A stretch of 64,000 nucleotides of DNA, taken from Candidatus Woesebacteria bacterium RBG_13_46_13 (GTDB taxonomy: Bacteria > Patescibacteriota > Microgenomatia > UBA8517). The position numbers and the translations under genes were made by a program. Under the pieces are notes generated by a model that was given only the letters and a program-made list of their open reading frames with translations, was not told the DNA's origin and ran no database searches. Position 1 is the stretch's first letter, and each line of letters starts with the position of its first letter. The stretch covers positions 78,880-142,879 of the forward strand of contig MGFR01000001.1 in assembly GCA_001791995.1 (NCBI GenBank), given 5' to 3'. Shown here piece by piece: positions 55,570 to 64,000 of this stretch.

Positions 55570-58218
55570 TTGAAATACGATAAGAAAATGAACCCAACCG
55601 TAGCCGTCTTTTCAGAGTACCACCCACTTGTCCTCAACGTTGTCGAAACGCTTCTCGGAAAATCATGCAGGGTTCTAGTTCTTTCTAGCCAAACGGAACA
55701 CTGGAGGATAAACACCAGACATTTAGGTGAATCGGCTCGCATTGAGATTCAGGACGAAAACATCACTTCAACTCTCGCAGAATTCGATTACGCGGTCTGT
55801 TCGCTTTTAACTGACGAAAGGGAGAACTCTTCGGAAGACAGAATTGCCAGGACGATTCAAAATGCGCAGGCATGGCTTTCCAAGACGATATTTATAATTC
55901 CGCTGGCCGGGCTTCCGGAGAAAACCCTCAAGAGCCTGGAGGCCGCAATTAAAGTCGTTGATTTTTCCAGCACGGTAGTTTTTCTCAAGGATACATATGG
56001 TCCAAGGATGTCTTCATCAGAAAAGTACGGATTAGGCGCGGTACTCTCGGGCTATCTTAGGGGAGGGGAGGTTGGGATAAACGGCGAAGATCTATTTTAC
56101 CCAACTTTTTACCCCGACATCGCAAAAGAAATTACAAAGGCTATGTTTTCCTTCGGACCGCCCTACGAGAGCTTTGCCATACTGGGGGAGCCCCTAAAAG
56201 GAGAACAAATAGTGGAGATCTTGGGTAAAGAAAAGGAAGTGCGCATCTCCTTTGGCCGAGCCCCCCAGCAAAGAGAGTTGCTGCCGGGGAACGTGGTTAG
56301 AACCAGCACCCGCTTTTCGGAAGGAATTAAACCAACCCTGGAGTGGTTTAGACAGCAACCCGCACGTAAAGAGGCGATTGTCAAAGCAGTGAAAACGAAA
56401 AAGTCAATGCCTCCGAAGGCCCCAGGGGTTGCCGTTCGTCGTTACCTACTGCTAGCCGCCTTGTTTCTGGTTCTGGCGCCGTTTCTATTGATGGCCACAT
56501 CCGTCCTCTCGCTGGTTGTGGGCAAAAACGGCTTGGAAAAAGGGAATACCGCCTCCTCACAAAGGGCCTTTGCTACCACGAAGTTCACGGCCCGAATGCT
56601 TAAGGCACCTCTGGCCATTGCCGCTTCCGTTCCGGTTTTGGGAAAAGCATTTTATCAACCGCTCCAGGCCTCAAGCCTTTTAGAAAGGGCTTCCGATATC
56701 GGGATAAAGACGGGTAGCGTAGTCGATGGCCTTTCGGGGTTAGTCCAAAAAGCCCTGGGAAAGGAAGTTTATGACCCGCTTCTTTACTCAAAGGAAATGA
56801 CCCTCACCCTTGAAAATCTCTATCAGGAAGTAGGATTTTTGGAAGGAGATATCGGATCTCAAAAAACCCTGATTGGTGGTTTGGCCCACAAATTAATCAA
56901 CAATCTTGACCTGGGAGATATCAAGTCAAAAATTCTGCTATTAAGGGGTGTCACCAAGGAGCTGCCAAGTATTTTGGGGAGAGATAAACCTTCGACCTAT
57001 CTGATTCTTTTTCAAAACAACATGGAATTAAGACCGACGGGTGGTTTTGTCGGGTCTTTAGCCCTGGTTACTTTTGACGGGGGAAGACTTTCGGATATTA
57101 ATGTCTTGGATGTCTATTCCGCAGACGGACAACTCAAGGGCCACGTCGAACCGCCCACTCCAATAAAGGATTATTTGGGAGAGGCAAACTGGTTTTTAAG
57201 AGATTCAAACTGGGATCCGGACTTTCCCACATCCGCATCCAGAGCCGAATGGTTTTTAGGTAAAGAAATAGGTAAAGCAGTAGATGGAGTAATTGCCGTT
57301 GATTTGGAAGTAGCCCGCTCGTTATTAAAAGCGACAGGTCCAATTAAGCTGGCGGATTATGGGCAACAGGTATCGTCAGAAAACCTCTATGAAAAAACCC
57401 AGCAGGAGGTAGAAGAAGCCTTTTTCCCGGGCTCGCACAAGAAAGCGAGTTTCTTAACGGCCCTAGCACAGCAACTTTTAGATGCGATTGTGAATTACCC
57501 CAAAAACCAAAGTTCCACGTTGGCCAACCTTATTCAGCAGAATCTTATAGAGAGACATATTCAGGTATTTTTGCATCAGAAAGAAGCCCAAAAAGCGATT
57601 TCCGGATTTGGCTTCGATGGAAGTTTTTTGGTTCCTTCCTGTGACGGAAATTGCTACTCCGATTTCTTAGGCTTGGTGGAGGCCAATGTCGGAGTCAACA
57701 AGGCAAACTATTTTATCAAAAGGAGCTTCGCTTTGGAGGTGGGGGCGGAAGAAGGAGTTCTGCGAAGATCTTTGCTGGTTCAATATGATAATTCTGCAAA
57801 TCCGGCCCTGGGAAGCCCGGGGAGATACAAAGCCTATCTACGACTGGCCCTACCTCTTGATGTCGAGATTACCACAACCGAAGTTCTATCTCCGGACGCA
57901 GCAGCTACCCCCCCAGAAATAAAAGACGTAGGAGGGAGAAGGGAGGCGGGGGTGCTTCTCGAGATAGCACCGGGGCAGAGCAAAAGCGTTAAGTTTTCTT
58001 GGCAAAGCCCAACCCTTTTGAATTATTCAAAACAAGGGGAGTACCGGCTCTTCTGGCGCAAGCAGGCGGGGACAGACAATGATCCCTTAAAACTAACTTT
58101 TATTCCCCCTTCCGGAGTAGATATCCTCTTCTCTCCGAAATTTTCCTTGACCCAGGCGGGCAGCTTTGTTTATAATACAACTCTGGCGAGAGATTTATTC
58201 TCTCGCGTTTCTTGGTAA
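55570..58218 (+). CDS. DUF4012 domain-containing membrane protein
   Basis: 882 aa with a cytoplasmic N-domain, a transmembrane helix, and a C-terminal region carrying the DUF4012-like block ELRPTGGFVGSLALVTFDGGRLSDINVLDVYSADGQL. Confidence 0.6.
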   Translation: MKYDKKMNPTVAVFSEYHPLVLNVVETLLGKSCRVLVLSSQTEHWRINTRHLGESARIEIQDENITSTLAEFDYAVCSLLTDERENSSEDRIARTIQNAQAWLSKTIFIIPLAGLPEKTLKSLEAAIKVVDFSSTVVFLKDTYGPRMSSSEKYGLGAVLSGYLRGGEVGINGEDLFYPTFYPDIAKEITKAMFSFGPPYESFAILGEPLKGEQIVEILGKEKEVRISFGRAPQQRELLPGNVVRTSTRFSEGIKPTLEWFRQQPARKEAIVKAVKTKKSMPPKAPGVAVRRYLLLAALFLVLAPFLLMATSVLSLVVGKNGLEKGNTASSQRAFATTKFTARMLKAPLAIAASVPVLGKAFYQPLQASSLLERASDIGIKTGSVVDGLSGLVQKALGKEVYDPLLYSKEMTLTLENLYQEVGFLEGDIGSQKTLIGGLAHKLINNLDLGDIKSKILLLRGVTKELPSILGRDKPSTYLILFQNNMELRPTGGFVGSLALVTFDGGRLSDINVLDVYSADGQLKGHVEPPTPIKDYLGEANWFLRDSNWDPDFPTSASRAEWFLGKEIGKAVDGVIAVDLEVARSLLKATGPIKLADYGQQVSSENLYEKTQQEVEEAFFPGSHKKASFLTALAQQLLDAIVNYPKNQSSTLANLIQQNLIERHIQVFLHQKEAQKAISGFGFDGSFLVPSCDGNCYSDFLGLVEANVGVNKANYFIKRSFALEVGAEEGVLRRSLLVQYDNSANPALGSPGRYKAYLRLALPLDVEITTTEVLSPDAAATPPEIKDVGGRREAGVLLEIAPGQSKSVKFSWQSPTLLNYSKQGEYRLFWRKQAGTDNDPLKLTFIPPSGVDILFSPKFSLTQAGSFVYNTTLARDLFSRVSW

Positions 58219-58226
58219 AGGTAATT

Positions 58227-58919
58227 ATGGACAAAATTACTCTCAATGCCGAAAAGCGAAAAGTGTTCGGAAGAAAAGTGAAAAACCTGCGGGGAACGGG
58301 GATCTTGCCATGCAATGTTTATGGTAAGAAAATCAAATCCGAGGCTTTGTCGGTTAATACTGCCGATTTTATTGAAGTGTTCGGAAAATCTGGGGAAACC
58401 GCCTTGGTAACCCTGGTTATTAAAAACGGCAAGACGGAAGAGAAGGCAGTACTTATCTCCAACGTCCAACTGGATCCCCGAAGCGATAAACCAATCCATG
58501 CGGACTTTCATCAAGTCGACCTCAAAGAAAAAGTTACGGCCGAGGTGCCGGTCGAGCTGAACGGAGAATCTCCGGCGGAAAAGCAAAGTTTGGGAACGGT
58601 TGTTCAGTATATAGACGAAATAGAAGTTACGGCCCTTCCTACAGACCTTCCTGAAAAGTTCACTTTGGACATATCGGTCTTGGCGGAGGTGGACCAGGCA
58701 ATCTATATAAAAGATTTACAGGTTGATAAAGGCAAGGTTGAGCTTAAGGCCGACCCCGAGACAATTTTGGTAAAAGTTGAACCTCCTCAAAAGGAAGAAG
58801 TGATTGCTCCTCCGGCAGAAGAAGTTGTTCCAGAAGGGGAAGCACCGGTCGAGGGGGAGGCCGCACCAACAGAAGAAGGCCCAACCCCAGAAGTGACGGA
58901 AACCCCGACAGAGCAATAG
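58227..58919 (+). CDS. rplY: 50S ribosomal protein L25 (Ctc form)
   Basis: Start at the internal ATG 58227 (MDKITLNAEKRKVFG...). The L25/Ctc N-domain is followed by an acidic Pro/Glu-rich C-terminal tail. Confidence 0.85.
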   Translation: MDKITLNAEKRKVFGRKVKNLRGTGILPCNVYGKKIKSEALSVNTADFIEVFGKSGETALVTLVIKNGKTEEKAVLISNVQLDPRSDKPIHADFHQVDLKEKVTAEVPVELNGESPAEKQSLGTVVQYIDEIEVTALPTDLPEKFTLDISVLAEVDQAIYIKDLQVDKGKVELKADPETILVKVEPPQKEEVIAPPAEEVVPEGEAPVEGEAAPTEEGPTPEVTETPTEQ

Positions 58920-58920
58920 T

Positions 58921-59298
58921 CTATTCTGATAGGAGAATTTTTAGCTCACGCAGCTTTGGCGAATTTGGATTAATTTCTACAGCCTTTTGATAAGCGAACA
59001 AAGATCCTGCTTTGTCTCCCGACTCCAGCCTGAGAGTGGTCAGCTCGACCCAGCCGTCAAAATACGAGGGATTGCGGTTCACAAAATCCTGCCAGAAAGA
59101 TATTTCGCCGGCCACGTCTTTGTTGGTAGTTTCGACCGTAATACCCAGCACCTTATTGTTTTTGCTAAGTTCGAGGTTAAAAACCGAAAGGGTTAAGAGA
59201 ACCAGGGTTGCGCAACAGCTACAAAGAAAAACGATCTGCTTTTTCCAGCCCGGATGCTTTTTTGCAAGGTGTTTGTGTCTTCCGTTATTTTTGGGCAT
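58921..59298 (-). CDS. hypothetical membrane-anchored protein
   Basis: 125 aa with a basic N-terminus, one transmembrane helix and a soluble C-domain. Confidence 0.5.
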   Translation of the reverse strand: MPKNNGRHKHLAKKHPGWKKQIVFLCSCCATLVLLTLSVFNLELSKNNKVLGITVETTNKDVAGEISFWQDFVNRNPSYFDGWVELTTLRLESGDKAGSLFAYQKAVEINPNSPKLRELKILLSE

Positions 59299-59317
59299 TG
59301 GCAGAAACTAAAAAATT

Positions 59318-59746
59318 TTGTTAGACTTAATTATGGACGAGAGCCAACCACAAGCGCAAGGGGGAGTGGCGCCGGTTTCTAACCCAACTCCGGCAGCACC
59401 CGTGGTCACACCCGAGGTTCCGCAGCCGGTTCAACCACCTGCGCCGGTATTGGAACCTTCACCCCAAGTGGCACCAGTTAGCCCAACCCCAAAAAAGCCT
59501 AATCTGGTATTGATTATCGGAACGATAGTCCTTATTTTGGCAATTGTAGCCTTGGCCGGTTTTTACTTTTTAAATACAAAGAAGACAGGCGAGAACCTAA
59601 CAACCCCGGAGGTTACCCCGACAATTATCGAACAGGGGCCGACCATAACACCAACCGAGACTCCCACGGCAACTGAAACAGGAAGTATTACTCCTACGGC
59701 GACAGAATCGCCAACGGTTTCTCCTTCAGCAACCCTCACACCCTAG
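59318..59746 (+). CDS. Pro/Thr-rich membrane protein, hypothetical
   Basis: 142 aa with a Pro-rich N-terminus, one transmembrane helix and a Thr/Pro-rich C-terminus (low complexity). Confidence 0.45.
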   Translation: MLDLIMDESQPQAQGGVAPVSNPTPAAPVVTPEVPQPVQPPAPVLEPSPQVAPVSPTPKKPNLVLIIGTIVLILAIVALAGFYFLNTKKTGENLTTPEVTPTIIEQGPTITPTETPTATETGSITPTATESPTVSPSATLTP

Positions 59747-61799
59747 GCCAAGAGGCTGAGATTAGAGTCGGGGAGTCGGATGCATCTCTTGCTTCTTGCC
59801 AGGCGGCCTCTGTCACAAAGGGCATAAAAGGATGAAGCAGCACCAGAAATATTTTTAGCCCCCAGCGCAGTTCGGCAGCATCAATTTTTCCCTGCTTGGC
59901 TTCTTCTATAGCCTCATCACAGAACCAGTGCCAGAATTCGGCATAGAGATACTCTGCGGCCAGGCTTAATTGAAATTTATTCAGGTATTTGTCCGTTTCG
60001 TGGACGATTGTCTTGACCTTACTCTTAAAGAGTGTGTTTTTGGTGGCGGTGGCCGAAAAGTCTTTTATAAAACGCGTAGCGTTCCAGATTTTATTGGAGA
60101 AATTGCGCTGGGCGCGCACGTTATCTTCGGACAAGGAAACGTCATTCTCAACCAGAGCCCCCCAGACGAGACTCATTCTGACAGCGTCGGCTCCGTATTT
60201 TTCAGACATCACAATAGGGTCGATTACGTTGCCCTTGGATTTTGATATTTTTTGTCCCTCCCTGTCCCTTACCAGACCGTGAATCAGGACTTTTTCGAAG
60301 GGCACCTTGCCTGTGGCGTAGACTCCAAGCATGATCATGCGGATGACCCAAAAAGGAACAATGTCATAGGCCGTCTCCATCACCGAGGTCGGGTAAAAAT
60401 ATTCGAAATCTCCCTTCTCGGAGGATTGCAGGGTTGCAAAAGGCCACTGGCCCGAAGAAAACCAGGTATCAAAGGTGTCGGGGTCCTGACTGAGGGACTG
60501 ATGTCCGCAAAAGCCGCAGGACTTGGGGCTTTCACCCGCTGTTATTGTCCACTCCAGGCACTTGTCGCAACGCCAGGCTGGAATTCTTATTCCCCAGACA
60601 ATCTGACGGCCGATGTTCCAGTCCCGCAAGTTCTTTAGCCAGTGTTTGGCTATTTTTCCGAATTTTTCGGCGGTAAAGGTAACAGATCCCGAAGACATCG
60701 CCCTTAGGGCGGCCTCCGCCAAGGGTTTGATGGCAACAAACCACTGCTTGGAAAGAAGGGGTTCAATTAAGCCTTTATCTTTATAGCAAACTCCTACCAG
60801 ATGTTTGATTGTCTCGACTTTTTTGACCAGCCCGAGGGTGGAGAGGTCTTTGACAACTTCCTCCCTTGCCTCAGTCGCCTTCAAGCCGATATATTTTTCG
60901 GGAGTGCCTGTCATCCTACCCGAGGAGTCGATCACGGATAGGGCGGAAAGGCCGTGTTTCTGGCCTATTTCAAAGTCCAGAGCATCGTGTCCGGGAGTTA
61001 TTTTTAGAGCACCGGTGCCGAAATCTTTATCGACCAGACCATCCGCGATTATCGGCAGGTTTCTGCCAACGATAGGCAGTTTGGCAAACTTACCAACGAG
61101 AGCTTTATAACGGGAGTCTTTGGGATTGACGGCCACCGCGACATCGGCAAAGATGGTTTCTGGTCGGGTGGTGGCAACCGTTATCGTTCCATAATTAATG
61201 AAGTAGAGCGAATCATTTCTTTCAACGGAATTGACTTCAAGCTGGGAATAGGTGGTACCGCAGCGGGGACAGTAGTTGAGGATTCTTTCCCCGCGGTATA
61301 TAAGGCCATCATCGTAGAGTTTTTTAAAGGTTTGATAGACAATTTTGACGATCGCGGGCTCGAGGGTGAAATGGTTTCTGCTCCAATCGCAGGAAGCACC
61401 CAGAGTCTTAAGCTGCGCCTCCATGGTTTTTTTGTTTTGCAGGGAGAACTTCCAAAGCATTTGGTAGAATTCTTCCCTGGAAAAATCAAGTCTGCTTTTG
61501 CCTTCATCCCTGAGTTTTTTCTCGAAAACATACTGGGTCTCGATTCCCGCGTGGTCGCTGCCGGGGAGCCAGAGGGTGGGGTCTCCCTTCATCCGGTGAT
61601 AACGCACCATGGCGTCTTGAATAGTGACAAAGCGGGCGTGGCCAATATGTAAGGGTGCATTGGCGTTGGGGGGAGGCATGATAATCGTAAAAGGGGACTT
61701 GTGTTTATCTATCTTGGGGGTGAAGGCTCCGGATTTTTCCCAAAGAGAGTAGACCTTGCTTTCGGATGTCTGGTGAGAATATGCCTTGTCCACTGTCAA
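59736..61799 (-). CDS. valS: valine--tRNA ligase (short form)
   Basis: A class I HIGH motif within PPPNANAPLHIGHA, GSDHAGIETQ, and KMSKS as KISKSKGNVIDP. At 687 aa it is shorter than typical ValRS and has no C-terminal coiled-coil. Confidence 0.75.
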   Translation of the reverse strand: MTVDKAYSHQTSESKVYSLWEKSGAFTPKIDKHKSPFTIIMPPPNANAPLHIGHARFVTIQDAMVRYHRMKGDPTLWLPGSDHAGIETQYVFEKKLRDEGKSRLDFSREEFYQMLWKFSLQNKKTMEAQLKTLGASCDWSRNHFTLEPAIVKIVYQTFKKLYDDGLIYRGERILNYCPRCGTTYSQLEVNSVERNDSLYFINYGTITVATTRPETIFADVAVAVNPKDSRYKALVGKFAKLPIVGRNLPIIADGLVDKDFGTGALKITPGHDALDFEIGQKHGLSALSVIDSSGRMTGTPEKYIGLKATEAREEVVKDLSTLGLVKKVETIKHLVGVCYKDKGLIEPLLSKQWFVAIKPLAEAALRAMSSGSVTFTAEKFGKIAKHWLKNLRDWNIGRQIVWGIRIPAWRCDKCLEWTITAGESPKSCGFCGHQSLSQDPDTFDTWFSSGQWPFATLQSSEKGDFEYFYPTSVMETAYDIVPFWVIRMIMLGVYATGKVPFEKVLIHGLVRDREGQKISKSKGNVIDPIVMSEKYGADAVRMSLVWGALVENDVSLSEDNVRAQRNFSNKIWNATRFIKDFSATATKNTLFKSKVKTIVHETDKYLNKFQLSLAAEYLYAEFWHWFCDEAIEEAKQGKIDAAELRWGLKIFLVLLHPFMPFVTEAAWQEARDASDSPTLISASWPRV

Positions 61800-61823
61800 A
61801 TTATAAACGAAGTGCAGGCAAAA

Positions 61824-62873
61824 CTAAACCTGGCCGTTGATGCCCAGGTCGGGCTTTGTTTCAAGGCTTTCCCAGGCAACGGGGAAGTGACAAAAGTAGG
61901 CACAGGCAGCAATGTAACCGGCGTTATCCGTACAAAGATTCGGAGCAGGGACCCTGAAATTGACCTTCAACTTTAGATGCTTAATTTTTGACTCGAAGGC
62001 TTCTCTCAAGCGTTCATTTGCCGAGACCCCGCCGGCCAGAAGCAACGATTTGGGCTTAAATTCCCAAACCGCCCGCAGGGTTTTTGTTACCAGAACATCA
62101 ACTATCGCTTCCTGGAGCTCGGCCGCCATTTGTTCGCGGCTTATGCCCAGGTTTTTATCTTGGGTGGCCCTTAGGACTGCGGTTTTGAGGCCGGAAAAAC
62201 TGAAATCAAAGTTGGGCTCATCAATCATCGGCCTGGGAAAAAGTTTTAATTTGAAGTTGGAATTTGGAAATTCAAATTTCTCCGCGGTGGCGGCGATAGC
62301 GGGGCCGCCGGGATAGGCAAGGCCCAAAAGCCGGGCTGATTTGTCAAAAGCCTCTCCTGCCGCGTCGTCTCTGGTTCCGCCTATCCATTCAAGTTTCCCG
62401 TGGGTTTTCATCAACACCAAATCTGTATGTCCGCCGGAAACAACCAGGGCTATGGCCGGAAACTCGGGTGCAGGCCCGCCAAGCCAGTTGGCATAAATGT
62501 GTGCCAGAAGATGATTGACAGGAACAATCGGTTTTTGGTAAAGATACGCCAGGGTTTTGGCCGTTTCCACACCGACCAGAAGTGAGCCGACCAAACCTGG
62601 ACCTACGGTGGTGGCGATGACATCAATCTCCTCCATCTCGCATTTGGCTTCCGCGAGCGCCTCCTGCAGGACAGGCAGAACGCTAACCACCTGAGCCCTG
62701 GCGGCGGCTTCCGGGATAACCCCACCGGTTTTGGCATGCATTTCGGCGGAGGAGGCAACCACACTGGAGAGAATTTTTGCACCGTTTTCAACCACGGCAG
62801 CCGCGGTTTCGTCACAACTTGTTTCAATTCCCAGAATTTTCATAAATCTTGTACTTGTTTTTGAATTATACAA
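61824..62873 (-). CDS. tsaD: tRNA N6-adenosine threonylcarbamoyltransferase TsaD (Kae1/Gcp family)
   Basis: 349 aa with the N-terminus MKILGIETSCDETAAAVV and the Gcp fold motifs. Confidence 0.9.
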   Translation of the reverse strand: MYNSKTSTRFMKILGIETSCDETAAAVVENGAKILSSVVASSAEMHAKTGGVIPEAAARAQVVSVLPVLQEALAEAKCEMEEIDVIATTVGPGLVGSLLVGVETAKTLAYLYQKPIVPVNHLLAHIYANWLGGPAPEFPAIALVVSGGHTDLVLMKTHGKLEWIGGTRDDAAGEAFDKSARLLGLAYPGGPAIAATAEKFEFPNSNFKLKLFPRPMIDEPNFDFSFSGLKTAVLRATQDKNLGISREQMAAELQEAIVDVLVTKTLRAVWEFKPKSLLLAGGVSANERLREAFESKIKHLKLKVNFRVPAPNLCTDNAGYIAACAYFCHFPVAWESLETKPDLGINGQV

Positions 62874-62891
62874 CGTGGCAAAATCTAGAAA

Positions 62892-63410
62892 GTGTTTTTT
62901 GGAAAAGAAAGACCGGTCGAATTAAGAGGGGTTTTCTCTAGCGCAGCAGTTCTTTGGTCGACTCTTCCTACGGAATGCTCCCGCAATCGCTTGGTAAATT
63001 GTGGTTATGTCGAGGTCATGTTTCCAAAACCGCTCCTAAGATTATTTGATATACAGGAAAACCCGGCCGAAGTTCGCAGACTTAACCTCTCGGTATATTC
63101 ACAGAACGACGGACACGGTAGGGGAATGGCGAGGATTTTTGCCGAAACAAACGGGGTGAAGGTTACTTTTTTAATCACCTCCACCGGAGGAGAAGAGACG
63201 TCGGGAAGAAGGCTAACCCTGCAGAGGGATTTTGGGGACGGCACGGCAGATACGGTCAGGGTGAAGGATGCCAACAAAGACGGCTTTGTGTTGGAAGCTC
63301 TGGACGAGCTGGTCGATCTTCACAGAAAGGGAATTCAAAAAATAGATCAAGCTTTATTGTGCGGGAGCTGTGCCGCGAAGATAGACGGCTTGCCAGGGTC
63401 GGTAGTTTGA
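62892..63410 (+). CDS. hypothetical protein (the start may be the internal Met at MFPKPLL)
   Basis: 172 aa ORF with protein-like composition and no recognised domain. It overlaps the 3' end of the VanW gene by 57 nt. Confidence 0.35.
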   Translation: MFFGKERPVELRGVFSSAAVLWSTLPTECSRNRLVNCGYVEVMFPKPLLRLFDIQENPAEVRRLNLSVYSQNDGHGRGMARIFAETNGVKVTFLITSTGGEETSGRRLTLQRDFGDGTADTVRVKDANKDGFVLEALDELVDLHRKGIQKIDQALLCGSCAAKIDGLPGSVV

Positions 63411-64000
63411 AACAAAGGTCTTTTTATATATTACTTCCCCGGCTCTGGTAACCGAATAGTTAAAGCTGACCCTGGCCCCCCAAGCTTTATAGTCTATCTG
63501 CTTGGTTTGACCGACGGGAATGGTGGGATCGTCCACATACAAATCTTCCGGCGGAGGGGTCTGGCTTGAAATAATCGGTTTACTGGTGGTGGCGATTCTG
63601 CCGTCATTGGTTCCGTAGATTTCAAAGATTAAGGTTGCCGTTTTGGTATCAACCGTAGGTTGGATCAGAATATGTCCGGGGGTGTCATTTTTGATCTTCA
63701 AATCCGGACTCGGAGAATAGACGGTGGCATCAAATCCCGGGACGGAATCCTGTTCGTAGTAGCCGACCCGGTAAGCGTGGGCAACCCGCTCGACAATCGG
63801 CAGTCCCGCCCCCAAGGCAGCCCGAAAAAGGGTAGTGGAGACCTGGCAAACTCCGCCCCCGTCGCCCAGGACGGTTTTGCCTTCTTTGATGACATAGGCC
63901 TGTTTAAATCCGGTCAGCTCCGAGACGTCGCCCAAGAGTTGATTAAAAGACAGAGTTTCACCGGGGGGAACCAAGACACCTTTAAACCTTGAGGAAGCCA
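63354..64000 (-). CDS. VanW family protein, C-terminal part (N-terminus lies outside the window)
   Basis: Carries the conserved VanW block GGGVCQVSTTLFRAA. The ORF runs past the window end. Confidence 0.7.
   Translation of the reverse strand, partial: ASSRFKGVLVPPGETLSFNQLLGDVSELTGFKQAYVIKEGKTVLGDGGGVCQVSTTLFRAALGAGLPIVERVAHAYRVGYYEQDSVPGFDATVYSPSPDLKIKNDTPGHILIQPTVDTKTATLIFEIYGTNDGRIATTSKPIISSQTPPPEDLYVDDPTIPVGQTKQIDYKAWGARVSFNYSVTRAGEVIYKKTFVSNYRPWQAVYLRGTAPAQ

Noticed and set aside
62892-63410. Whether this ORF is real, given its 57 nt overlap with the VanW gene
   Set aside because: It is not fully rejected. It is kept at low confidence because its composition looks protein-like, but a convergent overlap of that size is suspicious, and its start may be the internal Met.

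Overview
This 64 kb window appears to come from a small-genome bacterium, most likely of the Candidate Phyla Radiation (Patescibacteria) type. The indications are an archaeal-type triosephosphate isomerase, a class I fructose-bisphosphate aldolase, a split transketolase, many small membrane proteins, and a large locus resembling a type IV secretion system (T4SS). All calls are by eye from the sequence; no searches were run.

Main blocks:
- 1-10879: a co-directional minus-strand operon for central carbon metabolism (PfkB kinase, aldolase, split transketolase, LOG, Rpe, a dual-specificity phosphatase, GAPDH, PGK, RpiB, archaeal TIM).
- 10876-12396: a small redox and metal module (glutaredoxin-like protein, cupredoxin, VIT family transporter).
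- 13336-14121: a single membrane-protein gene with visibly higher GC than its neighbours, flanked by hairpins.
- 14454-17591: a GT2 glycosyltransferase divergent from a YfhO-type membrane protein.
- 18350-21573: a low-GC island of four genes abutting the 3' end of tRNA-Asn. It includes a SEC-C motif protein and a winged-helix protein and is a candidate defense or mobile island.
- 21778-22666: a membrane-anchored thioredoxin-like protein overlapping a CxxC membrane protein, a candidate disulfide-forming pair.
- 23217-26101: rpoD and dnaG.
- 26153-27651: a tRNA cluster holding all four tRNA-Ser isoacceptors plus tRNA-Arg, with ComF nearby.
- 28348-29131: smpB immediately followed by tmRNA.
- 33794-48920: the T4SS-like pilus locus. 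It has eight tandem TrbC/VirB2-like pilin paralogs (the first carrying a Cys-rich N-terminal domain), a large secreted Cys-rich protein, a VirB6-like protein, a VirB3/PrgI-like protein, a VirB4 ATPase split into two overlapping ORFs, and an M23 peptidase fusion. No relaxase or coupling protein is present.
- 48917-53761: dnaN and dnaA with DnaA boxes, then rpmH, rnpA, yidD, yidC and jag. This is the chromosomal origin.
- 53758-64000: an O-antigen-ligase-like protein, RNase HI, a DUF4012 protein, L25, a short ValRS, TsaD and a partial VanW.
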